A stretch of 64,000 bases of DNA from Dicyema japonicum. Its lineage: Eukaryota; Animalia; Dicyemida. Location of the stretch: NCBI GenBank assembly GCA_011109175.1, contig RDEW01000017.1, positions 833,443-897,442 of the forward strand, given 5' to 3'. The notes beneath the pieces are model-generated. The model was not told the origin of the DNA, searched no databases, and was given only the letters and a program-made list of their open reading frames with translations. This document shows, in pieces, positions 22,180 to 35,519 of the stretch (the stretch's first letter is position 1; every line of letters starts with the position of its first letter). The position numbers were made by a program, and so were the translations under genes.

Positions 22180-24030
22180 CCCCGAATTTATTATTTATTT
22201 ATTTAATAACCCCAAAAAAAACACCAAGAAAGAAGGAGTAAACCAACTAATTAAGTGATCCCGGCACGCCTCAACAGGATCGAGAGGTTTTTCCTATGTT
22301 CTTCCAGAGTACCCACGGCTTTCCTGAATAGACGACGATCATCTTTCATTAGAGTTTGAAGAGGGGTGCGTTTTTTCCCCAAATTTCGTGTATTTGAGGT
22401 TTCTAGCCTTGAATGGATGAAACGACTTGTTTCCGATGAAGCCGGAGCCGTTATTTTCGATTGCGGCGTGGTTAAGCATTGGGGGAAAAAATCGCGGGTA
22501 AATTTGTTAGACGTGCAAGTTTGCCTGTTAGGGAGTTGATCTTGTATGAATTGGATATTGAAGCTCCATAGGCCCATGAGACACAAGCATACTCTACCGT
22601 CGGTTTTAGAAGTTGATTGAACAAGACGACAGCACATTCCTTGACGGCCAGGACTTTAAAAACGGTTTGATTATATTTAGTTTCCTGAGACCCTTTGTCA
22701 TAACGTTCTTCATATTTTGAGAAAATGTCATCAAAGGGTCAAATGTCACTCCCAGGATAGTTGGACGAATCTGTAATGGTAAGGAGTCTCTATAAATGTT
22801 TAAATCCAGTGTATGTTTTTCTTTTCTGTCCATGGTGAAGATTGTATGCGTTGATATATCCCTGGATATGAGAGACGATTCAACTTCAACCAGGCTCCTA
22901 GGTCATCAATATGTGACTGAAGCTCTGATTTTGCTGTACCCACGTATTTATTCCTGCTAGCGATGATTAGGTCGTCAGCATAAGTGAGAAGCATTGAATC
23001 TGGTCCTACAGGGCAGGGTAAATCGTTGAGGAATAAGTTGAATAACGCCCGAGAAAGGGGCGATCCTTGAGGGACACCATTTGGTAGTAGACGGGCCTAT
23101 ACAGACACGTCCTCTTCTTCCGGAGAGAAAATTGGCTATCCATCTTTTTAAAACCGGCTGAATGGTGGTGTCAAAATTTTTTTCGTGAGTATGTTCTCGG
23201 GACAGAATCGAACGCTTTCTGGATGTCCAGGGAGACCACGATTGTCCGTAGGTTCGTTGAACCCTTCTGATATAAATTGAGACAGTGAAGTCAAATGTGT
23301 CGTAGTTGAACGCTCACATTTGAAACCATGTTGAAAGTGGCAGTCAAGCAAATGGGATTTAATTTTCCAGAGTACGAGTTTCCCCATTAGGCGCGATAAT
23401 GCGCACGTTAATGAATTTGGACGGTAGAAAGAAGGTATGGTCTTCGGTTTTCCTAGTTCTTAGGATGGGTATTATAAGTGAATTCTTCCATTTTTATGGG
23501 ATGACGTTCTTGTTAGAAGACAAATTAAAAATTGACGTAATCGAATTGATTGCAACATTACCAAGATGTTTTAGCAAAATTCCCGGAATGCCGTCAGAAC
23601 CACACGTATAAAATCTCTTCATCGATCTTATAGCCTGTGTAACCTCGGCCACGAAGTTGGTTTAGGCATTAAATTCCGAAGGTGACAAGAATGGGATTTC
23701 GAAAAGTCCTTGTGACTTATGGATGCGTAATGTTTCATTAGGTTGTTAGCTTGCACAGTATTTGGAGCAGAAAAAGATTCTGATTCATCTGATTCGACGA
23801 ATAGTTTTCCATAAAAGACTCGTGAATTTCATATGTCCAATATATGATAATAGGCGGTTCCACGCCCTATCTTTCTTTTATCTGATGAGCTTTGTAATTC
23901 TCTGATTTAAGTTCTTCATTCTCGAGGAAATGTTAACCTAGTGTGTACCCCCAGAACGTATGGCTTCAGTTTTGTCGTGGTCATTATTCGTAGATTCATG
24001 ATGGAGAGGCCAAGAGCGAAAGGATCAAAG
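22180..24030 (-). mobile_element. APE-RT LINE, decayed copy with 3' tail
   Basis: FQHGFKCERSTTTHL; GVPQG; YADD; TILGVTFDPLMTF; tail GGGATCACTTAATTAG...GGGGTTATTAAATAAATAA. Confidence 0.85.
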
Positions 24031-24479
24031 CTCAGTAATCTATCCAATAACCTTCGCAGTTCGATGTGAGTGCATCGTCGATGAGTGAAGATAGACATGA
24101 AGCGGCAGAGATCCGAACTGCCTTCGGAATCCTCAGTGGTATTTTCCTTGACTTTCGCAAGCTGGATATGTTTAAGAGGACAGAATTGGAGTCAGAGATT
24201 GACTGCTCGAGAACTGGTCCGATTTGTTGGTAAGTTCTCTTAGGGGGTCCAGTCTCAGGTATCCGTAATGGTATAGGATAACTCAACATAAGAATCCCTC
24301 GTTTGTTCTGTGCCTCATCACCTACTAGCTATCCTTTTGTCCCATTCCAACCATTACGCCTTGATATCGAGGACGTCCAACAATAGACGGGAAGACATCG
24401 CGAGGAGCATCATCTTCAGCAAACCCTTCCTTGCAATCTACAACCAAAGCAGCAACATCTTCATCAACAATTTTGAATA

Positions 24480-25120
24480 ATTCCAACTGAAGACAACCAA
24501 TACAACGTGTAACGCCACATTAGGAGATAGTGAAGATATCATTCGGAGAAAAGCCATGGCAAACGCTGCATTACACAGGCTGAAAAACCTATGGCTAAAA
24601 CAAAAAGAGAATAACATAAAACAAAGGATAATGTTATACGAACACCTTGATCAAACCAATCCTTTCTATACAACTCTGGGACCTGAGGCACTTCAAAAAA
24701 GGAATTGGAGAGGCTAGACTCGTTTTACAGGAATCATCTAAGAAACATAACTGGAATTTCCTGGCCATCTACGTTCTCGCGGAAAGGACTGTACAATAAA
24801 TGTGACTGTACACTATTAAGTCTTGAGATCATTAGCTCTCGTTGGAGACTTTTTGGACACGTCCTGAGGTTGGACCCGAATCCCCCCGAATATCGCAATG
24901 GAAGATTACCTAACGCTTTCATGAAGACCGAGAACAACCCTCCCGGTCGTTTTACAAAACGATCTGAAAGCAGTGAAGAAAACATTGGCATCTAGTGACG
25001 ATCTGGACACACTGAGGACCTAGCTAAGAACAGAAGAGCTTGGAGCAAGCTAACTAATTCTCTATATTTTTTGCTGCACATGTGAGGGCTGTAAATACTA
25101 TGGCTCTCGTGAAAGTGATA
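24480..25120 (+). mobile_element. RTE family A, 3' part
   Basis: LDSFYRNHLRNITGISWP...RWRLFGHVLRL; tail GGGCTGTAAATACTATGGCTCTCGTGAAAG. Confidence 0.8.
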
Positions 25121-25570
25121 ATAGAATGGTGTTGATGTAAGATACTCCTATATCCTGAAAGTTTGTCTATTTTAAAGTTAATATTAATTTTTTTTCAGTC
25201 AATGCTTAGTGGACAGAAAAAATGATGGGATCGTAGTTCACAATCTATCGGATCTTGGTCATATTTAATCATTTTTTTATAGATATAAATAGATCTTCTC
25301 TAATCATTTTGGTTGATAATAGTAGATCTTAATAAGTATTTATTTCTGATCATTTTTAAAATTATCATTATCGTATTTTTGAAAAATAAGATTTCATTAC
25401 TTGGATATCAGTTAAAATGATAAATTAACTAAAATTATTGCGTAAAATGTAAATTAAAATACCCTCAGTACTAAAACTTGATTGATCGTCTCCTCAAGTC
25501 TTAAATCCGATATGAAATACATCTGTCATATAATTTTGACTATAAATATAAACCGATTAAAATATTATAA

Positions 25571-27208
25571 ATGCAAGCAATTTTGATATTTTTGTTTTCT
25601 CTGACATTCGAATGTATTTTTTACGTTTATTTGAGTCAAAAATACAAAGACTCTGATGGGCCGTTATGTTAAAAGAAGGGGTGCCATCTCCACAGTGCTC
25701 TGTCCACTAAACACAGTCGTAGCCAAGTGCACAAATGATGGAAAAGTCCACAGAGGAAGTCATGTTCAAGGCAATCTTTGTCAAGTTGTTGCTTATACAC
25801 ACAAACAAAAAACCCGGGTTTCTATTCAAAATTATTTAGGCTGTTGCAAATTGCATTCCAAACTACAAATACAGCGCAAAAGTGATTTCAGTGGTACTCA
25901 ACAAGGGAAAAGTCGCATGCCCATCAAATACTATACTTTCAGACTGTAGACTATTCAATTTGTAGCTTATATGCTTATTATTAAGGTTTCCTCCTAAATA
26001 CTCCCATAAGTCTAACATAAGGAAAAATTCTTGTTATCTGAAAGCAAAAAATAAGAAATACATGCGTACATACCCATCAATCGAAGTGACATGCATAGGT
26101 AACGAATTCATTCATATAAAACAGAGGAAATTGAAAAAATATTTGTTAGTCCTACCATCATTACAGAACGGAATTCGACTTCTGCTGAAACTTGTCCTAA
26201 AGGACATATTCTTAAATCATGTGAATGTCTGAATTTCACTGAATGCAGTTCTGTACAAGTATACAATAATATATGTCTCGTCAAATATTATGGTGATTCT
26301 ATGGCAGCTAGGGTAAACGTTCCTCTTTAAAATAGGCAAAAATTGGATGCGTTAAAACACAAGAACTAAAATCTGAGATAATTGACAGCAAATTGTCGAC
26401 TATTTCAAAAAATAAGAAATTTATCACAAATTGTCTGGTTAAACCCGGGTTTTGTTATAATCTATATTAGGCAAAATTCGCGGGAAAAATATCAGGAAAT
26501 TTTCAAAAATATGGATCAATATTGTAATCTAAAGAAACCCTGTTCTAACTGTGAAGTAAAAGCGATTATTATTGGTTTATAATTTTAGTGAGTTTAGTCC
26601 CGAAAAATAAAGTTTTTATTAATTTAAAACGATTAAAATGCCCACAAGGAACCACTCTGGTTGAATGTTACGGAATAAATGGGAGAGCTTACTCCAAAAA
26701 TAAAATCTGTTATAGTAGAGCAAAAAATAGAGTTACCAAAATTTCTAAATTCTTAGGTTTACGGAGTTTGTGGAGATTTTGGTAATTTGCCAATTCACTA
26801 CAACTTTATAAAACACACTTCTAAGCCTTGGACGAGTGGAAATTGTCCAAAAAACTCAAAATCGATTAGGATGCTTGTTAGCTAGGTTTTACGTTTTTTT
26901 ATGTGTAGTCCCAAGTCATTGTATATTGCTTTTGCATTCTATAAGAGAAAATGCAGGTTTAATGGTTATGTGATATTTTTGTTATTTGCCAAGTAAAAAC
27001 GATTACAGCTAGTAACGACAGCAAACCAATGTACACATTGATGGATTCCATTCCATACTTCAAAAAATTAGTGACTAACAACACATCCATGCTATCATTC
27101 GCAATTTACCCTAAAAAGAATCCGAAAATTCAATGCAGATGTATCGGAAGCAGACTTTTAAAGACAAAACTTATATGTTATGTCCCTAATCTCACTTTAT
27201 CTAACTAA
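25571..27208 (+). CDS. Putative secreted Cys-rich protein of about 465 aa: six ~60-aa modules plus a C-terminal extension; one +1 frameshift near 26849-26868
   Basis: Hydrophobic start MQAILIFLFSLTF; ten GT-AG introns: 25614-35, 25818-39, 25962-85, 26099-124, 26313-35, 26449-70, 26575-97, 26732-56, 26886-908, 26965-93; spliced length 1399 nt (466 codons + 1). Confidence 0.75.
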
Positions 27209-27774
27209 ACTAACATTCTCTTTAACTAATAACAATAATAATTCTGGTCGTGCTCATTCTTTGGAACTAATTACTAGAGAAATTTTTATAGCAATTAAAA
27301 TTTAAAATATAGCATTTAAATATCACTATAGTATTTATAAACCACATAATAGCATTTACACAATTTTAATTTTTGAAAAAATAAACGTTAAAAACAAGTA
27401 AAGATTTTTAATTAAGTTCAAAACTATTCCTCTAATTTTTGCTAGCTTACTCTCAGAGATGTCCCAAATCCCAGAATTGTAAGTTTGTACTGGAGAATGA
27501 AAGAGTTGTAAAATCTTAATCTCGTTTTTGTTCTGAAATATCTTTTTATGAAATAATGACCTTATTTTTTCAATGCAGCTGTTGCTAAACATTTTAGTGC
27601 TATTTCTATTTTTATACTTTTAGATTTCTTCGAGGGTTTTTAAATCCTCTACCTCGATGTGACTTTTTGTAGATTCTATATATTTTAAGAGTTTATGTTT
27701 TAATGTTCTTACTCTGTCCAAAGATTTAGAGTTTTCAATCCTTAAGCGTAGGTCTTTTTGTGTAATCCTGATAG

Positions 27775-28160
27775 ACTGCTATGGCCAGCACCCTCTCGTC
27801 TGCAAGAGGAGCGCTGTAAGATCTCCAAGGCACGAGGCTCTAAATGAGATTGTCAAACGGGCTATGGATGCTGCTGGATACTCGGCCATTCTTGAACCGG
27901 TCGGTTATGCAGAAGTGACGGGAAACAACCGGACGGGATTTGGGACGTGACATGTACAGACACGTTCGCCCCGAACAATTTTCACGAGTGCAACCTCTGC
28001 CTACAGGTATAGAGGACTATTTCATGTCGGATGGCATGAAATACTGCGGTCAATCGCGTGTAACTTTGCCATCTGTCTTTGACAACGATTTGAAGCCCAA
28101 TAAACGACAACTGAAAACGGATGTCCTGAGAAGCATCACTTAGAACAAATAGGAGCAGGA
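27775..28160 (+). mobile_element. CRE REL remnant joined to an RTE-A remnant
   Basis: 27775-27975 is highly similar to 57320-57560 with an internal deletion; then EDYF...GQSRVTLPSVFDNDL. Confidence 0.7.
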
Positions 28161-28319
28161 AGAGGCTGGTGAAAAGGGTAATTATGTTTCCACACGTGTG
28201 GAAATATAACTTTTTATGTTTATACTTAATGTTACAATTAATAATAAATTATTTATTCCTACAAGTTTTTCCAATTTTTTTCTGCCACATAAAACATAAT
28301 TATCAGACAAAGGAAACAA

Positions 28320-30300
28320 ATCATGCACAGCTGAAAATTTAAGCGTAGCGGCATGCGGTTCACCTGTTGTTGTGGTGGCGCCTGGTGCAAGTTATGCACT
28401 AAAGAAAAGCGTTTGAACTTCTCCATCCCTCTACGTCCTTTGGAAGGGTGGCCTACCAACTTCAATTTGCTACTCCAGTCTGGCGACATCAAACCTATCC
28501 CGGGTCCTGATTCCACGCTGGTCATTCTCCAACTTTATGTCAATGAAATCCGTAATAAAGTGCTGGAGCCACGTTCCCTCTTGGCCCGTTTGAAAATGGA
28601 CATTGCCATTATTCAGGAGTCTAAACTCTCCACGTCAGCCGCCACCCCACGCTTCCCTGGATACAATATACTCCGAAAGGATCGGACAAGAAGTCTCGGT
28701 GGAGGATTATTGACGTTTGTTAGGGAGGGTCTTTTGTTCACCGATGTCACCCCGTTTATATTTTCTCTTGGCAAAGGAGACCCTATTCTGGTGCAAATCT
28801 CTATCGAAGTTCCTTTCTCACCCTCAAGTCGTTTTACACTATGTAATATTTATATTCCACTTCAGAGTTCGTCGACTTCCCTTATTCCAACGTATGTTCC
28901 AAACATATCGAAACTTTTTGAACTGAAAGATCTGGCATTAAGCGGCGACCTAAATGCCAAACATCCATTCTGGCTCCGGACACAATCAGCCGATAGTCTC
29001 GGAGAGTACATCCTTTCCTTACTTAATGATTTGACTATCCTCAATGATTCGGACGCTTACACAAGAACCCCGGCTTGCAGAAGGGACAGTCAACATCCTC
29101 GGACCTGTCTTTCTGCTCTCCTTCTATGGCTGGATGTATTACATGGAATGTTCGTTATGGTTTCTCAAGCGACCATAACCCCATTGTGTTGAGACTTAGA
29201 AGGCCTATTTGTTCACTGTGTTGTTCTACAAAGTTCAAAAATTATTTGAAAGCTGACTGGCAAGGTTTCAGGCGTATGTGGACAATAGTCTGTTTGACTT
29301 ACTATGGTTAGTTGTACAGTAGATAAGACGGCCAAGATTTGTCTGTTATCATTTTGAAGGCTGATAAACTATTTATACCTGTCGCCTCTTACAAGAAGTT
29401 CAATCCAAGATTATCATCTCAAATTGTGTCACTCATCAAGAAATGAATGCGCTGAAGAGAAAAGAACGCAGTCCAATAACTCCTTTTATTCTATACGTTC
29501 ACTGAATACCAAATTATCTGAGCTTATCCGAACTAATAACAGACTCAAATGGAGCCGTCTAGTTGGACGACTATGTCACAAAAACTCTTGCGCCACATTT
29601 TGGAAAACGCTAAGAAGGATCAATAGCCTCATCAATAGGAGGACTGCGGTACTGGGCCGTACTCGCAACGCTTCGGAACCCAAACTGCAAACAAGATTAT
29701 GAAGTACTACGTATCGATCAGCCATAAAGATTTTTCTCGTTCTACACTTGTTGAAACAAGAACCGTATTCCACTTTCTTCACCTTCCCCCATGATGTTGA
29801 CAAGGCTATTAAATTGCTACGTCCCACTCGTTTGTGGTCCCGACGGTGTTTGCACTATTATCTCAAACACCTTGGACCTCAGGCACGGGCCATACTATCA
29901 AGACTCTACAACGACTTTATCAACTACCATACGCTACCTAATATATGGAAGAACTCCCTGATTTCGCCAATTTTAAAACCTGGAAAACCAAAAGACGTTC
30001 CCTCTTCTTACGTCTCAATAACTTGTATTTTATCAAAAGTGCTGGAAAATTTGTATTAATGCGTATTTCTCCTGTTCTACATCTACCAGAATTTCAATAT
30101 GGTTTCAGGGTAGACCGTTATCAACGACTCATTTGGTTCTATCTCCCAGTTTATTACTGACGGCTTCAACATGAGAACACACTTACGGACGGCCTTAGTA
30201 TTATCGATATACAGAAGGCCTTTGATTCTGTTCTGAGGAAACTCCTAACGCAAAAGATTTTTAATTCTAACTTACATCCGAATATCAATCTATGTGGAAA
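28320..30300 (+). mobile_element. APE-RT LINE with a degenerate N-terminal 2A-like motif, decayed
   Basis: LLLQSGDIKPIPGP; AIIQESKL; SGDLNAKH; SSDHNPI; WKNSLISPILKPGK; IQKAFDSV. Confidence 0.85.
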
Positions 30301-31167
30301 TTTCTTAGTCAGGGTTTCGTACATTTTTGCAAGGAACTGGGAAACTCATTCGAAGGAAAATGTGGCCCATGCAGAAGAATTTCGGTCGGTTATAAAAAAA
30401 GTGCACGCCAATTGAATTCCTATGCAGAAGGAAGAGAAGGCGCTTCCGAAATGCGGTAGGGTTATAGACGAAGAGAGTTCGGATGTTGTTGGAGGCTGGA
30501 ATCACCGAATTAGCTAGTTTTGACCTATCTTTCTTGGTGCTTTTGTAGTTAAATTTATTAAAAATAAATAATCAAGACAGATTTTTCTTATGACAAAAGG
30601 AGAAATCAAATAATCTTAGTCCAAATGGGAATAACATCTTCCCAAAATCTTCAGCAAGAAGAGTGAAAGAAACTGAAAAAATAAGACATTCTTTTCAAAA
30701 AGTTGAGATGATACTTGTATTACTAATTACCTGGAGAGGTTTTACAAATTCATATTAGTAAGTCCTTTTTATGGTGATTCCTGTAAGTCATTTTTATGGG
30801 AGATTTCTCACATTGGAAGAATGTATTTTTAGTTATTATTTGGTTTTGTCAAAAAATCTATATCAATCTCGGTTAATATTTCCAAATCCATTTCTCTATT
30901 ATTAGTATCATTTATAGATCATCATACCTTCATTATTTTATTTCAGCCTCAAAAAATACTAATCATCCATCTTCTGATGGAATTTAAAGCCATACGTACT
31001 TATATCAGGCACTCCTTCAATTTCCTAACTATAAAAATTGAGAGCGTAGATTTTTCACTTTATAAAAATTAAGTGTATAAATGCAACCTCATTACTAAAA
31101 AACACAAAACTAAAAAGCAAAATAATTTTCATTAGTAACATTAGAATAGTCCGTATATAAATAAATC

Positions 31168-33865
31168 TCATAAAGGCAAAATATTTCTGTACTTAGAAAA
31201 CCTCCCTCGAAACTGATTCATCTCTCCATTCTGCTTCATTCGCATTTCCTCAATCTCCTTTGAATGCCTTTCCACCATACATTGATACTCCCTCAAAACA
31301 ATCTGTTCCACTTCACTCCCAGATCTATCAGTCAACTATGATTATTAACAAGAGTACTATTGGACGATCAAACGTTGAAAGCTGAGAACTGGGACACACA
31401 TGCACATCATTGTCTGACGCTGGTACTTCGGCATTCGAGGGATATTCGGTGGTTACGGAAGAAACATCAAACCGACCCAACTTCACCGTCTCCTAGAAAA
31501 TCACTCCAAAAACAACTGGAACTTCCGTGGTGACAGAACTCTCTGCTTCACATTTGACCTCCGCCGTCTTATGGGTATTTCCACTTAGGTCACGTGTTTT
31601 GAACGTCTTATTAAGCTCTTCCTCCAACTTAGCCAACGAAGTTTGGTTCTCCTCTCGTTTTGAGCAACAATCGGGCTTTTCCATACACGAGGATAAGGAG
31701 TCGAACGAGTTTTCGTGGTTAATAACGGACTCCGGCTTCGGAATTACCAGTGTCGCGGAGGAATCGTTCATGGGAATAGACATACTTTGAGGATCTTCCT
31801 CCTTAACCTCTGAATCAACAGGTTCAGAAATCAAGTCGTCCTAACCCTCACAACAACAGTCCACCTGGCACTCCGATGCTTTCTCAACGAGTTCTTCCAA
31901 CAATTTCAACAGCCGTTCAGCCTCATAGTCTGCAAGGTACTTTTCGTCCACCTAAAATTCATATTAGGAAAAAATGACCAAATTCGCAATTATGTCTTGT
32001 GTGGACTCTTTTGAAGAGTCAAAGATGAAAGTGACCGCATCCCCTTTTAAATTTGTCAATTTGACTTTGATGTCGTTGTTCTTTTTCCCAACCAGCTCCA
32101 TGGTGATCCGTCTCTTTTCACCATCTTCATTATCCCCCTCCAGAGTCCGTTCAGTCCCCTCCCTGAAATAAACCACAGCCAAACTCAGCTACCAAGGTGA
32201 GATCTTCTACTTTCGGAGGATCCAAACCCATCGATTCGGGGATTGACTTGGCCTCAGAAACCACCGATGTTCAGTCTCCCCAGCCTCAATCTTTCTGCAT
32301 TCCTCCTTGTACCTCTCAATGCTAATATGTATGTGCTTTGCTATGGCAGTGCTGTTTTCACTACTAATGAACTTATTCGAGACCTTCAATTAACAACCAA
32401 CTAACCATCTCCTCAGCCACTGACAGAGCTGAATCTTCTCGGAGATTGTAGTTCATATAAATCCCAACTTTATCCTTTATCAGGAGGTCACATGACTTGC
32501 TCAAATCGGCCGCTGAGATCCTCAGAGTTATCCGTCACCTTTCCCTTCCATTCCACAGGCAATCACGTCCACATTTAGGGTACTCATTTCCTCTGAGAAC
32601 ACATTCAGTCTCAATAACTCATCCGCCGTGTACCTATCAAGGAATTACAATATCACAAAAACCTATTCTCCTTCTTATAAGCAATACAACTCCCCAAGAT
32701 GCTCTTTAGCCCATCATCTGATACCTTGTTGAGACTATCCGGGGGACAACCCTCACAGTCAGCCCAGTCTTACCCCCGACACTTTCAAATAGATTTGAGC
32801 CGCCGAGGTACATTCGTTGTAGGGATACTCAGAGGTTACCATCTCCAGAATGCACATCCCGAACGCATACATGTCCACCGCCTCGTCGTAGCACTCTGTA
32901 TACATCTCAGGAGCCATAAACTCAGGAGTCCCTGCCATAATTCTATGGTATTACCAATCACTGATTTGGCGAAAGATCCCTCACGAAACGTGGCTAAACC
33001 GAGATCGCCGATCTTCACCGATCCCGTGGGACCTGTTATAAAAATATTGTCGCATTTGAGATCCCTGTGAATAATAGGTTTGCTTTGAGAGTGCAGGAAG
33101 CTCAATCCTTTCAGGATCTGCAGACACCAACGGTTGAGTACGCGTGGTTTCACTTTTTTGAACCGCTTTATGTATCTAGAGCCTTGACCCTTCAAGAATA
33201 CGTTTTAAGGGTTCCTGAAGTCATCAGCTCTGTCACTAAGATCAGTTCGATCCCTTTAGGAGTTTTCGTCTCCCAGAAATCGTAGAATCTAATACTTATG
33301 GTGATTTCATGGAAACCTGACAATGTTTGGATTCTGCAATCCCTTAAGGAGTTCGATCTCTTCCTTGAACCTCTTCCGGTCGATCTTTCCCAACTTTGTA
33401 CTCTGACAATTTTTCAAGTCAAATTACCTTCAGTTCACACCAGGCCACCGCTGCCCCTGTCTCCGTGTCTAATCCACGGTAGACAGTCTTGAAGGAACCA
33501 GTTCCCAGTTCAGCTCCGAACTTCACAAAGGACCCAGTCGGAGACATTGCAACGATCCTGTCCTCGGGCTTCTCTTCCTCTTCCTGGTCCCCGGCAGGAA
33601 TCAATCCCGCCACAGAAATCGCCGTGGTAGTCGATTCCGGGTTTTTTTCAACCTCCGGAGTTGGAGCGACCTCCTCGTTGCTGAGACAGGGTTTCAGGTT
33701 GGTAGGGCAACTTGGATTACTCACGTGGTGAACGTCGCTAGAACAACTGACGCTTTTTAAACGGTTCGAAGAAAAAAATTTGGCGTATTTATCGCCGAAT
33801 GAGCTAGCCAGCTCATTAAAGTCAAGAAATCGGCCTTTTTTGTTGATTTTGGATTTGTTGGACAT
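31168..33865 (-). CDS. WNK: WNK-family Ser/Thr kinase
   Basis: [11 protein letters not shown] (Lys in subdomain I), [41 protein letters not shown]; autoinhibitory-like SVAEEMV; RFDV motif at 31463-74; C-terminal [14 protein letters not shown]; introns of 22-29 nt in the kinase domain; central exons only partly resolved. Confidence 0.92.
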
Positions 33866-34780
33866 TGGATCTTGCTCCAGCCCAATATGTCTAAAAAATA
33901 TTATGATCTTGTTAGAAAGTGAAAGTTTATGAGGGAAACAGTTAAATAAAAATACCCACAATAATGAAGATTATCACAAATAACTTTTGGGAAATTTAAA
34001 ATTTTAATTATTTTTAAAAATTAATTTATAAATTAATTACTTTAAGTTCCTTCATAATTTTTAATAAATGAAAATATTTTATAAAGGAAAAAAAAGAGAA
34101 TAAATGGTCATGTATTGGCTGCCATTTAATAAATTGTTTTCAAAAATATATAATTAAATTCAATTTATTGAACCAGAAGAACATCGTCATAGTCGGAATG
34201 AAAAAAACTCAAGTGATATTGGCCTCCCTCAGCAGTCTATGCATAATCGGACTTAAAGGAGCTCCGTCCAGGGGGAACTCCTCTGGATGGCTGTTAACTA
34301 ATGCTTTTGTTTGGATATAATTTAGGATTATATCTAGAGCAACCAGAGATGGTAACCACATGACGCACGCTAACAATTCAAGCTCCCTGAATCAAAGGGA
34401 AGAGGAGGAACATGAGAAACAAACAAAAAATCTTTAAGGAGTGTAACTCCATTATTTCCTGGATACATCGTAATCAGAAAAGGTGGGATACTTGACCTAC
34501 TCTGATGTGAGCAGACAAGTGGACAATATAATTTACATGAAAGGACCGCTGAACAAATCTCGATTGATGTCGTTAATGATTTAGGTCACCTCATTTTGAT
34601 TGACTTATACATTTCCCGTCGGGATCCTGCCCTATAAATTATGTTCCAAAACTCGATATAAGTCTACTAAGACTTTCATAGTGACAATAATCTAATTATA
34701 CTAAAGTAGAGCCGATTCAAAACCCCACATAGGAACAAAGCAACCTTCAGAACTACATAATCTTCTCCTTGATCAATACA

Positions 34781-35017
34781 CTATTCATGGAAAAGACGAT
34801 CGCATCTGCTACTTCGTTTAATTTTATTAATTATTTGTATAAAAATATTCATAAATTCATGCAGTTCAATAGATAAATTTTTCACTACCAAATTCTGCCT
34901 GTGCAAAATGCAATGAACAAATATCGCATTTGGGCATTTTATTTTAAAAATACCATAAAGTGCACGCTTTGTTATATAAATTATTTTAAATAAATTTATG
35001 TATAAATATGTCATCAT
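34781..35017 (-). mobile_element. hAT Buster-type transposase remnant
   Basis: CPNAIFVHCILHRQNLVVK...INKIK. Confidence 0.75.
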
Positions 35018-35519
35018 TAAAAAATTCGTAATTAAAAAACTCGTTGAGAGACACTGATCTAAACCGTGTAATCTTCCCAGCAGAAAGCTATTTGTCTTCC
35101 GAGCAGTGTATAGATGTTATAACACTACATTCGACTCCGAACCTCGTTCCCATATAAAGAAGAGGAACTCTCTGAAGATAATTAACCTCTACCTTATTTG
35201 ACTTGAGGAATAAAAATGTTTTATTCAAAAAATCACAACCCTCATAAACAAAAAAGAAAAGTCTTGGAATCGAATATTATTATCTATTAAACAAATGAAA
35301 TCGCGATACTACTTTGGAATATAACCTGATGAAGTATTACCCCCTACAAGACACAAGGACTTTTCGAGGACTCTCTACTGTTGCTTACGTAATTTGTATT
35401 TAAACCATCTTCATGGATCGAACTTTTTACTCACGTTGAGGCTACATAGGCGTTAAGATTCATGAAAAGTCATATACGTCTCGTCTATATGGCATTCCTG
35501 AAATTCTGCTAAAGCATCT

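Noticed and set aside
30560-31132. Possible small secreted-protein gene (MKIILLFSFVFF...) starting 36 bp after the WNK stop
   Set aside because: I could not build a consistent spliced model; it needs RNA-seq.
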